A stretch of DNA of 64,000 bases, from contig NC_068982.1 in the NCBI RefSeq assembly GCF_001194135.2, positions 49,286,128 to 49,350,127 of the forward strand, given 5' to 3'. Of the stretch, positions 13,277-24,297 are shown one piece after another. The first letter of the stretch is position 1, and each line of letters opens with the position of its first letter. The notes beneath the pieces are model-generated. The model ran no database searches and was not told where the DNA came from. It saw nothing but the letters and a program-made list of their open reading frames with translations. The stretch comes from Octopus bimaculoides (Eukaryota). Made by a program: the position numbers and the translations under genes.

Positions 13277-13538
13277 TCATAAGGAGGAGGGGGCTGTGTT
13301 GATTCCGAAGGGGAAAGTTGTTCTTAGGTTAAAAATATAGTGCTGTTCCAAGTGGAGTCGTGAGGGAGTGGATCCATGGTGCAGAGCGAGGCCAAAAACG
13401 GAGATGTTAGAGGGGGAGTGGTTGGTCAAGTGGAAGTGACGGGCGACGGGGGAGTCCGAACCTAACCAAATGTCTCTTAGGTGTTCGGTGAAACGGTCAG
13501 CCAGCCGGCGGCCCGTCTGACCCACGTATATTTTGTCA
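13277..13538 (-). mobile_element. Penelope-like element 3' fragment encoding the GIY-YIG endonuclease C-terminus
   Basis: Open frame KIYVGQTGRRLADRFTEHLRDI...LEQHYIFNLRTTFPFGIN, typical of the PLE GIY-YIG domain. Confidence 0.85.
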
Positions 13539-13955
13539 AGCGTAGGAGTAGCTGTGTGGTAAGTAGCTTGCTTACGAACCACATGGTTCCGGGTTCAGTG
13601 CCACTGTGTGGCACCTTGGGCAAGTGTCTTCTACTATAGCCTCGGGCCAACCAAAGCCTTGTGAGTGGATTTGGCAGACGGAAACTGAAAGAAGCCCGTC
13701 GTATATATTTATATATATATATATATGCATTTATGTATGTATATATCTATGTGTGCGTGTCTGTGTTTCGCTGCCCCCGTCACTGCTTGACATCCAGTGT
13801 TGCTGTGTTTACTTAACAGTTCAGCAAACTAGATCCGATAAAATAAGTGATAAGCTTAGAAAAATAAGTCCCTGGGTTGATTTGTTTGACTAAAACCCTT
13901 TGAGGCAGTACTCCAGCATGGCTGCAGTCAAATGGTTGAAACAAATAAGAGTCAA
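13539..13955 (+). mobile_element. Full SINE B+C with internal microsatellite
   Basis: B head, (TA)/(TG) spacer, then C module ending cagtcaaatggttgaaacaaataagag. Confidence 0.9.
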
Positions 13956-14489
13956 ACAAAGTATCCTTAACCCTCACCAAGGTAGCAAAACACCGTAAAA
14001 CAGTGTATTCTCTTGTCTCAAGATGAGGAAACTGCTCAATAGCTTTACTTTATAAAAGAATACATTATTCAATGTGTTCTTGTCTTTACTTTTAATATGG
14101 TAGAGTTAGGTTTGAAGGAGATTTGGATGCTATTTCTTGCAATTTGCATAACCATTCAAAGGCTCTTTTGTTGGTAACTTGTTTTCCCCCAATTCAATCT
14201 TGATTGAGCAAATCTATGTATGAAAATTCCATTCATGGCCATCCCATTTTGCTTTCAAGCTGTGTACTGGGACTAGTATCAAAATGACATCCATCCTTTT
14301 TTTTTTTTTTGAGATAATATGGTATTTGTGGGTTATTGGTAGTTTTTTGGGTTTTTTTATTAACAGCAAGAGCAACCTCAACAGAAGCTCCCATTTTGGT
14401 TTTAGGTTGCCTGATTGAGAATATAAAATAGTTGAGATGACATCAGACACTAGCTCAGAGGTCAGCTGTTCATATCCAATCCTTGGCAC

Positions 14490-14610
14490 AACATTGTGTC
14501 CACAGCCAATGCGTTTAAGAGGTATTACCGCTCTCCTGAGGTGCCATGCAGAGAGACTGAATCAAGACCCATGCAGCCTGGAAGCAAACTTCTTACCACA
14601 CACACACCTA
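14490..14610 (-). mobile_element. Degenerate SINE B
   Basis: gaggtgccatgcagagagactgaatc..aacttcttaccacacacacc. Confidence 0.55.
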
Positions 14611-15119
14611 TATGTTTTATTTATTTCAAGGAGCCTCACAAGCCATTGAGCAGAAGAGATGCTACTGATTATCTCACTGATATTTACTGCATCTAGAGCA
14701 AATCAACTTTTAGGAGGCCATCTCTTTCTAAGCTATTTATCCATAAAAGCTGTTAAAATCAACATGGCAAGCTATCAAAACATTTGTCAATTTTACTGGA
14801 TTGCTTGCTTCAGCTTACAGCTGTGAACTGCATGTGCATTACCATATACATTTACAGAAAGGTGGATTGGGTCATTTTAGCGTTGAATATACGAATCAGT
14901 AATTCTTTAGCTGTTAGTCCAACACCTAATAATTTGACCATCTGTGGCTTGAGGCTTTCTTATCTTTGTGATAATTTGTTTGCAAGTTTCAAATATACAT
15001 GAACCACCAAACCATAACTATGTCTTTAAGGATAACATTAAATCTATATCTGCTTTATTTACCGTTAGCAACTGGGTTTTATTTGATAAATGAACGCTTA
15101 TTTCTTACTAACATATGAA

Positions 15120-15184
15120 GCTTTGATATATGTATATGTATGTTTATATATGTGTGCGTGTGTGCAGGTGTTTGCATGTGTGCA

Positions 15185-15220
<36 letters not shown>

Positions 15221-15400
15221 CATGTATGTATATATATGTGTGTGTATGTATGTTTATAAATATATATGTGTGTGTATGTATGTTTATAGATATATGGGTC
15301 TGTGTATATATGTATAAATGTGTATGTTTATGTATGTTATACACACACACACAAATGATATACACACGCATACATGCATGTGTGCATGAGTGTGTGCGTT
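15120..15400. repeat. Compound (TG)n/(TA)n microsatellite
   Basis: Direct inspection. Confidence 0.9.
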
Positions 15401-15835
15401 TTGAAAGTAGGGAAATTAGAAGCTGTAGAACTCATAGCCAGAAGATAAGACTAAAGTAATTTTGAATATAAAAACATTGATTATGGAAAATAAAAGACTA
15501 CAATAGCTGACATGCGATGTTAAACTTGTATAACATCCTTGGGGACATTTTGTCTTCAAACCAAAACAATTATGAAAGTGTGAAAGTAATTCACACCTTC
15601 ACCTTCCAAAGATTGTATTAGCGTTCTTAACTCATGTCTACATTCAGATTCAAAGAAAATTATACAAACTCATACACTTTGCCATATATAATTATTGAAA
15701 ATGTATGTTAATATAAATGTCTATGTATGGGCAAATTTATGTTGATAGACACATATATACTCATATATACATCAGCACAATATGTTAATCTAAAATCGCA
15801 CACTCGTGTATCTATAAACCAAGAACACATATATA

Positions 15836-16315
15836 TGTAACGAAGATGGAGTAATGATAAAGACAGAAACCTGGTTGAGAGATTTTCAATTAAGGAGGTA
15901 TTTATCTTCTTCATTTACAAGGAAAGATATTGTTATGACAAGTGGCCAAATTGTGGAGAGTTGAGATGTTGTTTTTCTTTGTGTGACTGTGGAGACAGAC
16001 AAGAAAATTCAGTAGTTGATCAGCAGTCAAGTCAACAGATCATCTCTTCAGCTAGGCCATTCTTTCAGCGTTCTTTGTGTGTGTCTCCCAATACTCTGCA
16101 TGACACATTTTAGCTTTAGTGTGCTCTGGCACTTTGCATCAGGTGCCTGAGATGTGGCATTTTTATAGCAAAAAAATCAACTCAGAGAGACAGCTTCAAA
16201 AGCTTGAATCTCTGCAGGAGATCAGCTCTAAGCAGTGTCCTGATTGGTCAGAATTTCCTTATTCTAGCCAATCAGAACATTTGATGTAGTGACTAAATAT
16301 TCCTGCTACATTACA
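15836..16315 (-). mobile_element. Probable solo LTR (480 bp)
   Basis: TGTAA...TTACA termini; on the minus strand CCAAT boxes precede TATAAAA. No clear TSD. Confidence 0.5.
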
Positions 16316-16639
16316 CATTAATGACCTGTAGGGACACCATATTTCGTTATGCAACCATAGCATACTACAAAGCATATTAAACATTTTTATAAATCAATTT
16401 TGTGTTCTACTGTGTTAGTAGTACTATTGCAGTATTTGGTAAGGTTATCTCTACTGATTTTTTTTAGAAATTATAGCCAGCACTGATTTTGTTATGACAT
16501 TCCAAAATCAGTGCTGGCTATGATATCTATTGAAAATCTGTAGGGATAACCTTAACAAGATATATATATACATATTTTCTTTCTCTTCTTTCGTTTTTCA
16601 TTTTTTTTTTTCCTGTTTACAAATGTCCTTCTCATCTTC

Positions 16640-17025
16640 AACCCTCCAACCTTTGTCACATCGACATGATATCGCCAGTGTTAGTCTTATGCCATTATTG
16701 TCACAGGAAGTGCTCTGATGAAATTTCTCTCTTAGCTCCAGATCATTTTGTGTCATCTCACCTGACTCAAAACTCGCAGTGTCTTCAAATACTGTTGTGT
16801 TTCCATGAATAAGGAAGTCTTTTTTATGGTCGTAGCTTTTTTCCTTGAACTGCCAGATTTTGGAACTCTCTTCCATCTCATTGTTTTCCCTCTTCCTATG
16901 ACTTGAACTCTTTCAAGTCAAAGATAAATACCTTGCTTTTGTCTTATTTCTCCTTCTTCATAGTCCCTTACACTAAGTGGCTTTTCCCCTTGTTTGGGAC
17001 TTCCTTATAAAAAACAACAAAAATT
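16640..17025 (+). mobile_element. CR1/L2/Jockey-like LINE 3' end (degenerate RT C-terminus plus A-rich tail)
   Basis: Translates with a frameshift as LQPLSHRHDIAS...CSDEISLLAP...RSFFP*TARFWNSLPSHCFPSSYDLNSFKSKIN. Confidence 0.75.
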
Positions 17026-17337
17026 ACAATTAACTTCTGAGAGTCTGGCATCATTTTACAACGTTGGTTCTGATGGAATGAGTTGTGTCGTTACAATATT
17101 TTTTTTTCTTTTATAACTTCCAAGTTCTGCCCGTCTTCTTTCTCTTCCTTCTTTTTATTTTTTTCTTTCCATGCTACTTCCTTCCTTTCTGTCTTCTTTT
17201 CTCTCTTTCCATCTCTCTATTCTTTCTTTCCATCATTCTTTCTTTGGTAAAAATAATTCAGTTACAGGAAATAGGTGACCAACCACTGAAACTAAAGGCT
17301 TGTTTAATATATGTTGGGTCTATCAGCTTGCAATGAA

Positions 17338-17668
17338 GGTGCATGACTCAGTGGTTACAGTGTCTGGCTCGCAATCATAAGGTACTGAGTTCAATTCTCA
17401 GACTAGGCTGTGTGATGTGCTCTTGAGCAAAACACTTTATTTCATGTTGCTCCAATTCACTCATCTATAGAAATAAATTATGACATCACTGGTGCTAAAC
17501 TATATTGGCCTTTGCCTTTCCTTTTGATAACACTAGTGGTGTGGAGAGGGAAGATTAGTATGCATGAGCAACTGTTGGTCTTCCATAAACAACTTTGCTC
17601 AGACTTGTGCCTCAGAGGTTAACTTTTTAGGTGCAATACCATGGTCATTCATGACCAAAGGGGATTTT
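17338..17668 (+). mobile_element. SINE family E (tRNA-like head)
   Basis: tcagtggtta..gagttcaattc head; tail ggtcttccataaacaac..ggtcattcatgacc; homologues at 25130 and 40410. Confidence 0.85.
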
Positions 17669-17879
17669 AACCCTTTTACCAACTTGCATCATGTTATGCT
17701 ATGCATTGTATACTTCCATTTATCTGGGATTATTTATCTCATTTCAGTGAGGATACTAAGCCATTGTATTGACAAACTGAGGGTAAGTCAGTTATGTCAC
17801 TTTAGTCTGCAAATGTTTGTTCCCCATGTCATCTTTGAACAAGTGGTAGGTGTAAGTGTGGATGTGCAAGTCGAGAAGT

Positions 17880-18005
17880 TTGATCCTCAGCTACATAGAT
17901 CCAGGTTCAGTCCCACTATATGGCACCTTGGGCAAGTGTCTTCTATTATAGCCTCAGGTCAACCGAAGCCATGTGAGTGGATTTGGTAGACAGAAACTGA
18001 AAGCT
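17880..18005 (+). mobile_element. Partial SINE B
   Basis: ggttcagtcccac..ggcaccttgggcaagtgtcttc. Confidence 0.8.
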
Positions 18006-18010
18006 CACCG

Positions 18011-18278
18011 AATCATCATCATCATCATCATCGTTTAACGTCCGCTTTCCATGCTAGCATGGGTTGGACGATTTGACTGAGGACTGGTGAAACCGGATGG
18101 CAACACCAGGGTCCAATCTAATTTGGCAGAGTTTCTACAGCTGGATGCCCTTCCTAACGCCAACCACTCAGAGAGTGTAGTGGGTGCTTTTACGTGTCAC
18201 CCACACGAAAACGGCCACACTCGAAATGGTGTCTTTTATGTGCCACCCGCACAAGCCAGTCCAGGGGCACTGGCACTC

Positions 18279-18280
<2 letters not shown>
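18011..18280 (-). mobile_element. SINE-like family D with (ATG)n tail
   Basis: catcatcat..cgtttaacgtccg..ggatgcccttcctaacgccaacc; homologues at 29556, 51163 and 61890. Confidence 0.85.
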
Positions 18281-18309
<29 letters not shown>

Positions 18310-18455
18310 NNNNNNNNNNNNNNNNNNNNNNNNNNNNNNNNNNNNNNNNNNNNNNNNNNNNNNNNNNNNNNNNNNNNNNNNNNNNNNNNNNNNNNNNNNN
18401 NNNNNNNNNNNNNNNNNNNNNNNNNNNNNNNNNNNNNNNNNNNNNNNNNNNNNNN

Positions 18456-18715
18456 GTGTGTGTGTGTGTATGTATGTATGTATGTATGTTTTTGTTATTT
18501 TTGTCTGTGCTTTTCCCTCCACCATCGCTTAACAACCAATGTTGGTGTGTCTACATCCCCATCGCATGGTGGTTCAGCAAAAAGAGACCGGTAGTATAAG
18601 TACTGGGCTTACAAAGAATAAGTCCTGGGGTTGATTTGTTCAACTAAAGTCAGTGCTACAGCATGGCCACAGTCAAATGACTGAAACAAGTAAAATAATA
18701 AAAGAAATAAAAGAA
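18456..18715 (+). mobile_element. SINE C module
   Basis: ccaccatcgcttaacaacc..gcatggccacagtcaaatgactgaaacaagtaaaa. Confidence 0.85.
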
Positions 18716-18989
18716 TACAGTGTGAGATGGGTAAACTATGGTCATTTTACATTTTGAATTTCATCTCATGCCCATTGTTTGTTTTTGATTTTGTTGACTA
18801 CACAGTATAGTAGGGTCAGTTGAGCACTCTGTAAGAAAAACAGCACCATGATGCAATTCACTCAGCCAGAAATTTGGAAATGACATGCTGTACTATTTGG
18901 CATTTGCATTGGAAGTTGCAATACGAACATTTCAGAGTGTTTGGTTGTCAATCTGAGGACAGTGCAATCTAAGGATATGCACTAAGAGG

Positions 18990-19158
18990 GATAAAAATCA
19001 AACATCCAGTCAACATCATGGTGTTTGGAGTGATGGCAATGTTATGCCTCCATTCATCTGCCCATATGACCTCAGACTCAACATGGAGGCCTACATCAAG
19101 TGCCTGGAGGAGATAGTGTTGCCCTGGGTCAAGAGCATGGCTGCTGGAAGACTCTGTG
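18990..19158 (+). mobile_element. Tc1/mariner (maT/DD37D-like) transposase fragment
   Basis: KHPVNIMVFGV..DGNVMPPFICPYDLRLNMEAYIKCLEEIVLPWVKSMAAGR. Confidence 0.7.
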
Positions 19159-19159
19159 T

Positions 19160-19486
19160 ATATATATATATATATATATGGGAGAATGTATGAAAAAAAC
19201 AACAACGGACGAGGACAGGTGGTGTAAACAACAAAAGGATGTATTAGTATGACGCTCGGGAATACGGAAAGTCTTTTACGTTTCGAGCTACGCTCTTCAA
19301 CAGAAAGAATATGGAGACAAGGAGAAAGACACGGAGAAAAAAAATTGAATAGAGTCCAGTCAGCGGTCAATCATAGTAATGGCTGACCGGAAGTTAGAGA
19401 TTTTTTTCACAGAAGAGCTAAGAAAAGGGGGAGAAAGAACGGTGATTGAAGAACGAGGGGCTGTGTGTGTGGGAGATAGAATGCTG
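19160..19486 (-). mobile_element. PLE-type 3' terminal repeat (pLTR-like), running into a gap
   Basis: Homologous to 32995-33180; carries a hammerhead-like motif; ggggctgtgt shared with the ORF end at about 13290 (weak). Confidence 0.55.
19271..19310 (-). ncRNA. Minimal type I hammerhead-ribozyme-like motif (variant core)
   Basis: UCUUU-CUGUUGA-A-GAGC(GUA)GCUC-GAAA-CGUA-AAAGA, with stem I UCUUU/AAAGA and stem II GAGC/GCUC. Confidence 0.5.
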
Positions 19487-20063
19487 NNNNNNNNNNNNNN
19501 NNNNNNNNNNNNNNNNNNNNNNNNNNNNNNNNNNNNNNNNNNNNNNNNNNNNNNNNNNNNNNNNNNNNNNNNNNNNNNNNNNNNNNNNNNNNNNNNNNNN
19601 NNNNNNNNNNNNNNNNNNNNNNNNNNNNNNNNNNNNNNNNNNNNNNNNNNNNNNNNNNNNNNNNNNNNNNNNNNNNNNNNNNNNNNNNNNNNNNNNNNNN
19701 NNNNNNNNNNNNNNNNNNNNNNNNNNNNNNNNNNNNNNNNNNNNNNNNNNNNNNNNNNNNNNNNNNNNNNNNNNNNNNNNNNNNNNNNNNNNNNNNNNNN
19801 NNNNNNNNNNNNNNNNNNNNNNNNNNNNNNNNNNNNNNNNNNNNNNNNNNNNNNNNNNNNNNNNNNNNNNNNNNNNNNNNNNNNNNNNNNNNNNNNNNNN
19901 NNNNNNNNNNNNNNNNNNNNNNNNNNNNNNNNNNNNNNNNNNNNNNNNNNNNNNNNNNNNNNNNNNNNNNNNNNNNNNNNNNNNNNNNNNNNNNNNNNNN
20001 NNNNNNNNNNNNNNNNNNNNNNNNNNNNNNNNNNNNNNNNNNNNNNNNNNNNNNNNNNNNNNN

Positions 20064-20449
20064 TGTAAGAGAGGGGGAAGGTGGGTATGGGAGGGGAGGA
20101 AAGAGAGGAGAGAGGGTGGGTGTAAGAGAGGGAAGGTGGATGTAAGAGAGGGGGAAGGTGGGTATGGGAGGGGGAGAAAGAGAGGAAGAGAAAGAGAGTG
20201 AGAGAGAAAGAGAGTGAGAGAGAAGAGAGTGAGAGAGAGGGAAAGAGAGAAGAGAGTGAGAGAGAGGGAAGGAGAGAAGAGAATGAGAGAGAGTGAGAGT
20301 GTAAGAGAGTAAGAGAGAGGAGAGAAAGAGTAGGGGTGAAGAGAAGTGGGAGTGAAGAGAAGTAGGAAGAGAAGTAGGAGTGAAGAGAAGTAGGAATGAA
20401 GAGAGGTGGGAGTGAAGAGAAGTAGGAGTGAAGAGAGGTGAAGCGACGT
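20064..20449. repeat. Polypurine (GA-rich) tract with internal tandem units, flanked by gaps
   Basis: Repeated gagtgaagagaagtagga units; duplicated tgtaagagagggggaaggtgggtatgggagggg. Confidence 0.9.
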
Positions 20450-21424
20450 NNNNNNNNNNNNNNNNNNNNNNNNNNNNNNNNNNNNNNNNNNNNNNNNNNN
20501 NNNNNNNNNNNNNNNNNNNNNNNNNNNNNNNNNNNNNNNNNNNNNNNNNNNNNNNNNNNNNNNNNNNNNNNNNNNNNNNNNNNNNNNNNNNNNNNNNNNN
20601 NNNNNNNNNNNNNNNNNNNNNNNNNNNNNNNNNNNNNNNNNNNNNNNNNNNNNNNNNNNNNNNNNNNNNNNNNNNNNNNNNNNNNNNNNNNNNNNNNNNN
20701 NNNNNNNNNNNNNNNNNNNNNNNNNNNNNNNNNNNNNNNNNNNNNNNNNNNNNNNNNNNNNNNNNNNNNNNNNNNNNNNNNNNNNNNNNNNNNNNNNNNN
20801 NNNNNNNNNNNNNNNNNNNNNNNNNNNNNNNNNNNNNNNNNNNNNNNNNNNNNNNNNNNNNNNNNNNNNNNNNNNNNNNNNNNNNNNNNNNNNNNNNNNN
20901 NNNNNNNNNNNNNNNNNNNNNNNNNNNNNNNNNNNNNNNNNNNNNNNNNNNNNNNNNNNNNNNNNNNNNNNNNNNNNNNNNNNNNNNNNNNNNNNNNNNN
21001 NNNNNNNNNNNNNNNNNNNNNNNNNNNNNNNNNNNNNNNNNNNNNNNNNNNNNNNNNNNNNNNNNNNNNNNNNNNNNNNNNNNNNNNNNNNNNNNNNNNN
21101 NNNNNNNNNNNNNNNNNNNNNNNNNNNNNNNNNNNNNNNNNNNNNNNNNNNNNNNNNNNNNNNNNNNNNNNNNNNNNNNNNNNNNNNNNNNNNNNNNNNN
21201 NNNNNNNNNNNNNNNNNNNNNNNNNNNNNNNNNNNNNNNNNNNNNNNNNNNNNNNNNNNNNNNNNNNNNNNNNNNNNNNNNNNNNNNNNNNNNNNNNNNN
21301 NNNNNNNNNNNNNNNNNNNNNNNNNNNNNNNNNNNNNNNNNNNNNNNNNNNNNNNNNNNNNNNNNNNNNNNNNNNNNNNNNNNNNNNNNNNNNNNNNNNN
21401 NNNNNNNNNNNNNNNNNNNNNNNN

Positions 21425-21570
21425 CCCCATAACTAACAGATTGAGAGACTAAGTACCAGACTTTAAAAGAATTTTAATATGAAAAAAAATCGTGGGTTTG
21501 ATTCATTTGACTAAAGGTCCTTCAAGGTGGTGCCCCAGAATGACCACAGACTGATGACTGAAACATGATA
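21425..21570 (+). mobile_element. SINE C module, 3' part
   Basis: taagtaccag..ggtggtgccccagaatgaccacagac..gactgaaac. Confidence 0.7.
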
Positions 21571-22261
21571 AAAAAAAAGTCCTCTAAAAATCAAACATCT
21601 GGTGAAGATTATGTAATTATTTTTATTGGATCTGACTGCAACAAAAGAACTGGAATTGATCCTCTTGCATTGAGGATATCAATGAAAATGAAATAGTGTG
21701 AATGATGACGGTACATGACATATGAACAAGCAATACACCAATAGGTTTTATTAAGAACAACCAGCTAAATCGGAAGAACCCAGAGCAGCAAGGAAAATTT
21801 CTAGAGTGTTTAGAGGACTCAGTGGTGTGTAAGGTTATTGGGTTGGAAGCTGGTTGACACAAAGTCGAAATCCTTTCACAAACTTTTGATGAGACCTTCA
21901 TTCTTGTTTTGGATCAAATATGCTTGGAGCTTTCATGTTGCTTTCCATCAAAATAATCAAAATCCTAATATAAAGACACTTTTTCATCTTAATGCCCAAA
22001 ATAGCTGATTTTGCAATGCAAATGATTGATCTCAAATCTTTGGCAGAAACATGTCACCTGAAATTGGACAACCACAAGGGAGAGATATGCTGATTGGAAT
22101 CTGGATAATCTGAAAACAGTGCCACAGGGCAAAAGTCTCACTGAGTGGAAGATACATGTTTTTAACTCTCTGATTAAATTACTTGGGTTTTGAATCTCTC
22201 AAGGACACTTTCTTTAAACTATTTAAACTGTTTAAAATTATATTGTAACACTCTCTTTACT

Positions 22262-22677
22262 TTTTACTCCTTACTCTTTTACTCTTTTACTTGTTTCAGT
22301 CATTTGACTGCGGCCATGCTGGAGCACCACCTTTAGTCGAGCAAATCGATCCCAGGACTTATTCTTTGTAAGCCTAGTACTTATTCTATCGGTCTCTTTT
22401 GCCGAACCGCTAAGTTACTGGAACGTAAACACACCAGCATCGGTTGTCAAGCGATGTTGGGGGTACAAACACAGACACACAAACACACACATACACATGC
22501 ATATACATATATAAGATGGGCTTCTTTCAGTTTCCGTCTACCAAATCCACTCACAAGGCTTTGGTCGGCCCGAGGCTATAGTAGAAGACACTTGCCCAAG
22601 GTGCCATGTAGTGGGACTGAATCCAGAACCATGTGGTTGGTAAGCAAGCTACTTACCACACAGCCACTCCTGCGCCT
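22262..22677 (-). mobile_element. Young full-length SINE B+C
   Basis: CpG-retaining copy, near-identical to 49770-50158; (AGTAAAAG)n tail. Confidence 0.9.
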
Positions 22678-22859
22678 AAACAGTGCAGGATATGAACATC
22701 AACAGACTAGACAATTTAGGCATAATTTTCATGAATAGATGATGTGTCAGAAACATGAATCTTGATGGCATTGTCCTTCATTCCACAGCAAAACTACAAG
22801 AACAGGAGAATAGTCATTATGAAGTTTGTGTTACTATAATGCATGACAAATCTTTTATA

Positions 22860-23325
22860 TTTTATTTGTTCCAGTCATTGGACTGTAGCCATACTGGAGC
22901 ACTGACTAGATGGGATTAGTCAAACAAATTGACCCAAATACAATTTTGAAAGTTTGGTACTTAATCTATCAATCTCATTTGCTGAACCACTTAATACTAT
23001 GGGGATTTAAACAAATCAATACTGGTTGTCAAGAAGTCTGAAGAGGAGGTGTAAAAACACAAGTTAAAAGACATATACACCATATACAGAAGCACGCGCA
23101 CACACACACACACACATGCACATACACACACATACATTACACACACACACATGCACACACACACACACACATACACATGACAAGTTTCAAACTGTTTCCA
23201 GTTACCAAACACATCATTGGTTGACCTGAGGCAAAAGTAGGAGACACTTGCCCAAGGTGAACAGAGTGGGACTGAACTCAAAATCACGTGGTTGCAAAAC
23301 AAGCTTCATAACCACAAGGCCATAT
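22860..23325 (-). mobile_element. Older SINE B+C with internal (CA)n
   Basis: Same modules, more diverged. Confidence 0.75.
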
Positions 23326-23951
23326 CTGTTAATTATTTTTTAAGACGTCTAAATTTTACTTTAAGCCAGACACATCCTAGGATTTCAATCCAAGGATTTA
23401 CCATTTTATCTTTTGTGTGTGCATGTGTATAGTGTTGCTTCATATTTTCCATTGTATGTTTTGTCTGAAATTTTTTATTTGGAGAAAATGTTTGGAATAG
23501 AATTGCCATATTTTTCACTCAGTTATTCAGTTCTTTTTGTCTAAGCGTTTGTGCTCAGTGCTTCCATGTTATCTTTGAATATGTTGACAATATTGGAGTG
23601 ATAGCATATGTGAACAATTTTGTTATGCTTTCATTTTTCTTTTTTTTTTACGTGAGAAAACATAAATGTGTTTGATTATGTATATAGACACACATGTACA
23701 ATACATACATATGCAATCACAAACACAGAGAAACTTATACACACAACACACACTTACAGATGGAGATGCAAACATACAAACATATTCTACCTTCCCTTGT
23801 TAGATATGCATATCTTGAAAGTGTAGGCGGAAGCGATAGCTTAATGTGATTATTTTTGTGTGTGTGTGTGTGTGGTTCTAAATTTTACCTTCAGCCATGT
23901 GGTTTTGTGTTCAGTCTCACTATATGGCACATTGAGCAAGTGCCTTCTACG

Positions 23952-24098
23952 TTTAGCTCTGAGCCACCCAAAACCTTGAAAATACATCAGGTATATGGCA
24001 ACCAAAAGAAGACTATCATACATATATATAATGACAGTTTTCTTTTGGCTGCCATATACTTGATCTATTCTCAAGGTTTTGGGTGGCTCAGAGCTAAA
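23952..24098. repeat. Inverted repeat, 68-bp arms with 11-nt spacer, derived from SINE B
   Basis: tttagctctgagccacccaaaaccttga..gactatcat / atgacag..tcaaggttttgggtggctcagagctaaa. Confidence 0.9.
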
Positions 24099-24109
24099 AG
24101 TAAATGTAG

Positions 24110-24275
24110 GCACAAGCATGGCTGTGTGGTAAGTAGCTTGCTTACCAACCACATGGTTCTGTATTCAGTCCCACTGCATGGCACCTTGAGCCAGTGTCTT
24201 CTACTGTAGCTTCCAGCCGACCAAAGCCTTGTGAGTGGATTTGGTTTGACGGAAACTGAAAAAAGCCCGTCATGT
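24110..24275 (+). mobile_element. SINE B head module
   Basis: gcatggctgtgtggtaagtagcttgcttaccaaccacatgg. Confidence 0.85.
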
Positions 24276-24297
24276 ATATGTATGTATGTATGTATGT

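Noticed and set aside
16598-17003. Minus-strand ORF MEESSKIW... with apparent splice sites (AG at 17004, GT at 16761)
   Set aside because: It is the antisense of a recognisable LINE RT C-terminus; the polypyrimidine tract is the LINE's A-rich tail
17338-17410. tRNA genes (A/B-box-like motifs in the heads of families A, B, E and F)
   Set aside because: No intact cloverleaf; each continues into a SINE body
19379-21436. Very long ORFs spanning N-runs (also 29966-32030, 42091-43024, 49137-49511)
   Set aside because: Open only because N bases contain no stops
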